From sequence record MK250021.1: a stretch of 64,000 nucleotides of DNA. One strand, written 5' to 3'. Both the position numbers and the translations under genes were made by a program. A model generated the notes under the pieces. It did no database searches, was not told the origin of the DNA, and saw only the letters and a program-made list of their open reading frames with translations. This document shows, piece by piece, positions 62,988 to 64,000 of the stretch (its first letter is position 1; every line of letters begins with the position of its first letter).

Positions 62988-64000
62988 TTACATAATACCT
63001 CCAAGAACATCATCAAGACTCATTCCTGCTGCTGGATTTGTAGGAGCTGATGGAGCTGGTGCACCTGCATTCAAAATAGAATCAAGTTCTCCTGTACCTA
63101 CACCAGGAATATTAGCAGCATTAAAACCACCAGGAGTTGTCTGATTCATTGATGTAGCATCACTACCCATTTCAAGACCTGTTGCTGGTGCAGATGGAAT
63201 AGGATTTGCCGGAATTCCTGGACTTACCTGCGGTTGCATAGCTGGTTGCATATAAGGATTTGCTGTAGACATTGCTGCTGGTTGCATACCGGTTGCAGCT
63301 TGCATTGAAGCCTGAGGATTTGTATAAATCTTAATACATGAATTAACAAAATTAGTTGTTTCCTGTGTCCATGCATGATACTCATAAGGTTCAAGTGAAG
63401 GACAATTCTCCTTAAGATATGTAAGAATTGTAGGTTTAATATCTGGATTTGATTCAATTACTTGCTGAGTAATTGGTTGCCATGTCTCCTGACCTTGTGC
63501 ATTCTTAACCTGAATACGAAGAGCGCCATCTGCTGGTTGAAGATCAATAAACTGTGAATCATCAAAGTTATTGAAATTAGACACCAACTTACACTTTACA
63601 TAAAATGGACGTCCAACAAACATATTAAATGGATTTCTTGGAGTTCCCATAGGTGGATTCATCTCATTGTAAATCTTCTCATGAATCTTGATACCATAAC
63701 GCCATACAAGAATCTTACCTACCAACTGAGGTTCTGACTTACATGAAAGAATCTGTACAAGTGAAGCATAACGCTGACGACGTGAAAAATGCTTTGAATT
63801 TTCTTTAAGAACAGGATTCTCACTATTACGAAGTGCAAAGAATGTATCCTGTAGAATATCTGGTTGACCAATTGTAGATGGACAATCAACTTCCATCTGT
63901 GCATTTGTCAAAGGATTCTTAAGGAATACTGTATTCTTAGAAACGATAGATTTATTTGAAGGATCCTCTGGATTTGGAATAAAGCGAATTACTGCATCAT
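62988..64000 (-). CDS. gp32: Single-stranded DNA-binding protein (T4 gp32-like), 5'-partial
   Basis: AVIRFIP, GKILVWRYGIKIHEKI, GRPFYVK, NFNNFDDSQF; disordered tail ending SLDDVLGGIM. Confidence 0.85.
   Translation of the reverse strand, partial: DAVIRFIPNPEDPSNKSIVSKNTVFLKNPLTNAQMEVDCPSTIGQPDILQDTFFALRNSENPVLKENSKHFSRRQRYASLVQILSCKSEPQLVGKILVWRYGIKIHEKIYNEMNPPMGTPRNPFNMFVGRPFYVKCKLVSNFNNFDDSQFIDLQPADGALRIQVKNAQGQETWQPITQQVIESNPDIKPTILTYLKENCPSLEPYEYHAWTQETTNFVNSCIKIYTNPQASMQAATGMQPAAMSTANPYMQPAMQPQVSPGIPANPIPSAPATGLEMGSDATSMNQTTPGGFNAANIPGVGTGELDSILNAGAPAPSAPTNPAAGMSLDDVLGGIM

Noticed and set aside
11875-63904. Other short overlapping track ORFs (e.g. 11875, 17225, 17859, 18249, 18646, 23112, 25016, 26272, 26584, 28208, 30244, 32304, 32603, 33275, 34778, 36284, 42931, 45465, 46791, 47032, 47649, 51027, 51223, 53305, 53319, 53740, 56242, 61387, 62545, 63224, 63719)
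   Set aside because: Each lies within or antisense to a better-supported gene
1-64000. CRISPR array, tRNA, tmRNA, rRNA or suppressor tRNA-CUA
   Set aside because: No spaced direct repeats or T-loop GGTTCGA motifs were found by eye; tRNAscan-SE, ARAGORN or minCED would be needed to exclude them

Overview
64 kb of a very AT-rich (roughly 25% GC by eye, not computed) T4-like jumbo/megaphage of a Bacteroidetes host, most like the Prevotella/Segatella Lak phages. TAG is read as Gln (genetic code 15), so the supplied code-11 ORF track fragments many genes; coordinates here were re-read with TAG=Gln. Most genes are on the minus strand: a ~1990-aa tape-measure-like protein, a gp62-like clamp loader subunit, two ClpP paralogues, a CX5R phosphatase, PseT/PNKP, a gp21-like prohead protease fused to an acidic/scaffold-like region, IF-1, thioredoxin, two HD hydrolases, gp32 SSB, lipoproteins and many small hypothetical proteins. 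Main highlights: (1) uvsX and the family B DNA polymerase are both fractured by naturally split inteins with opposite charge polarity. Five Vsr/EDxHD-like homing endonuclease genes lie within or between them, and PolB has a third, intein-less N-terminal piece. (2) Two ORF-free, promoter-to-terminator structured regions of ~840 and ~1100 nt are candidate large ncRNAs, one GOLLD-like and one unassigned, and they share motifs. (3) TAG codons sit at codons 5-19 of many genes, often as the only or nearly the only TAG, which suggests a translational gate. (4) There are at least two, possibly three, promoter classes. No CRISPR array, tRNA or rRNA was recognised. There are two assembly gaps (N runs), so single-base lesions need read-level checking. 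All family assignments come from motif recognition, not database searches.
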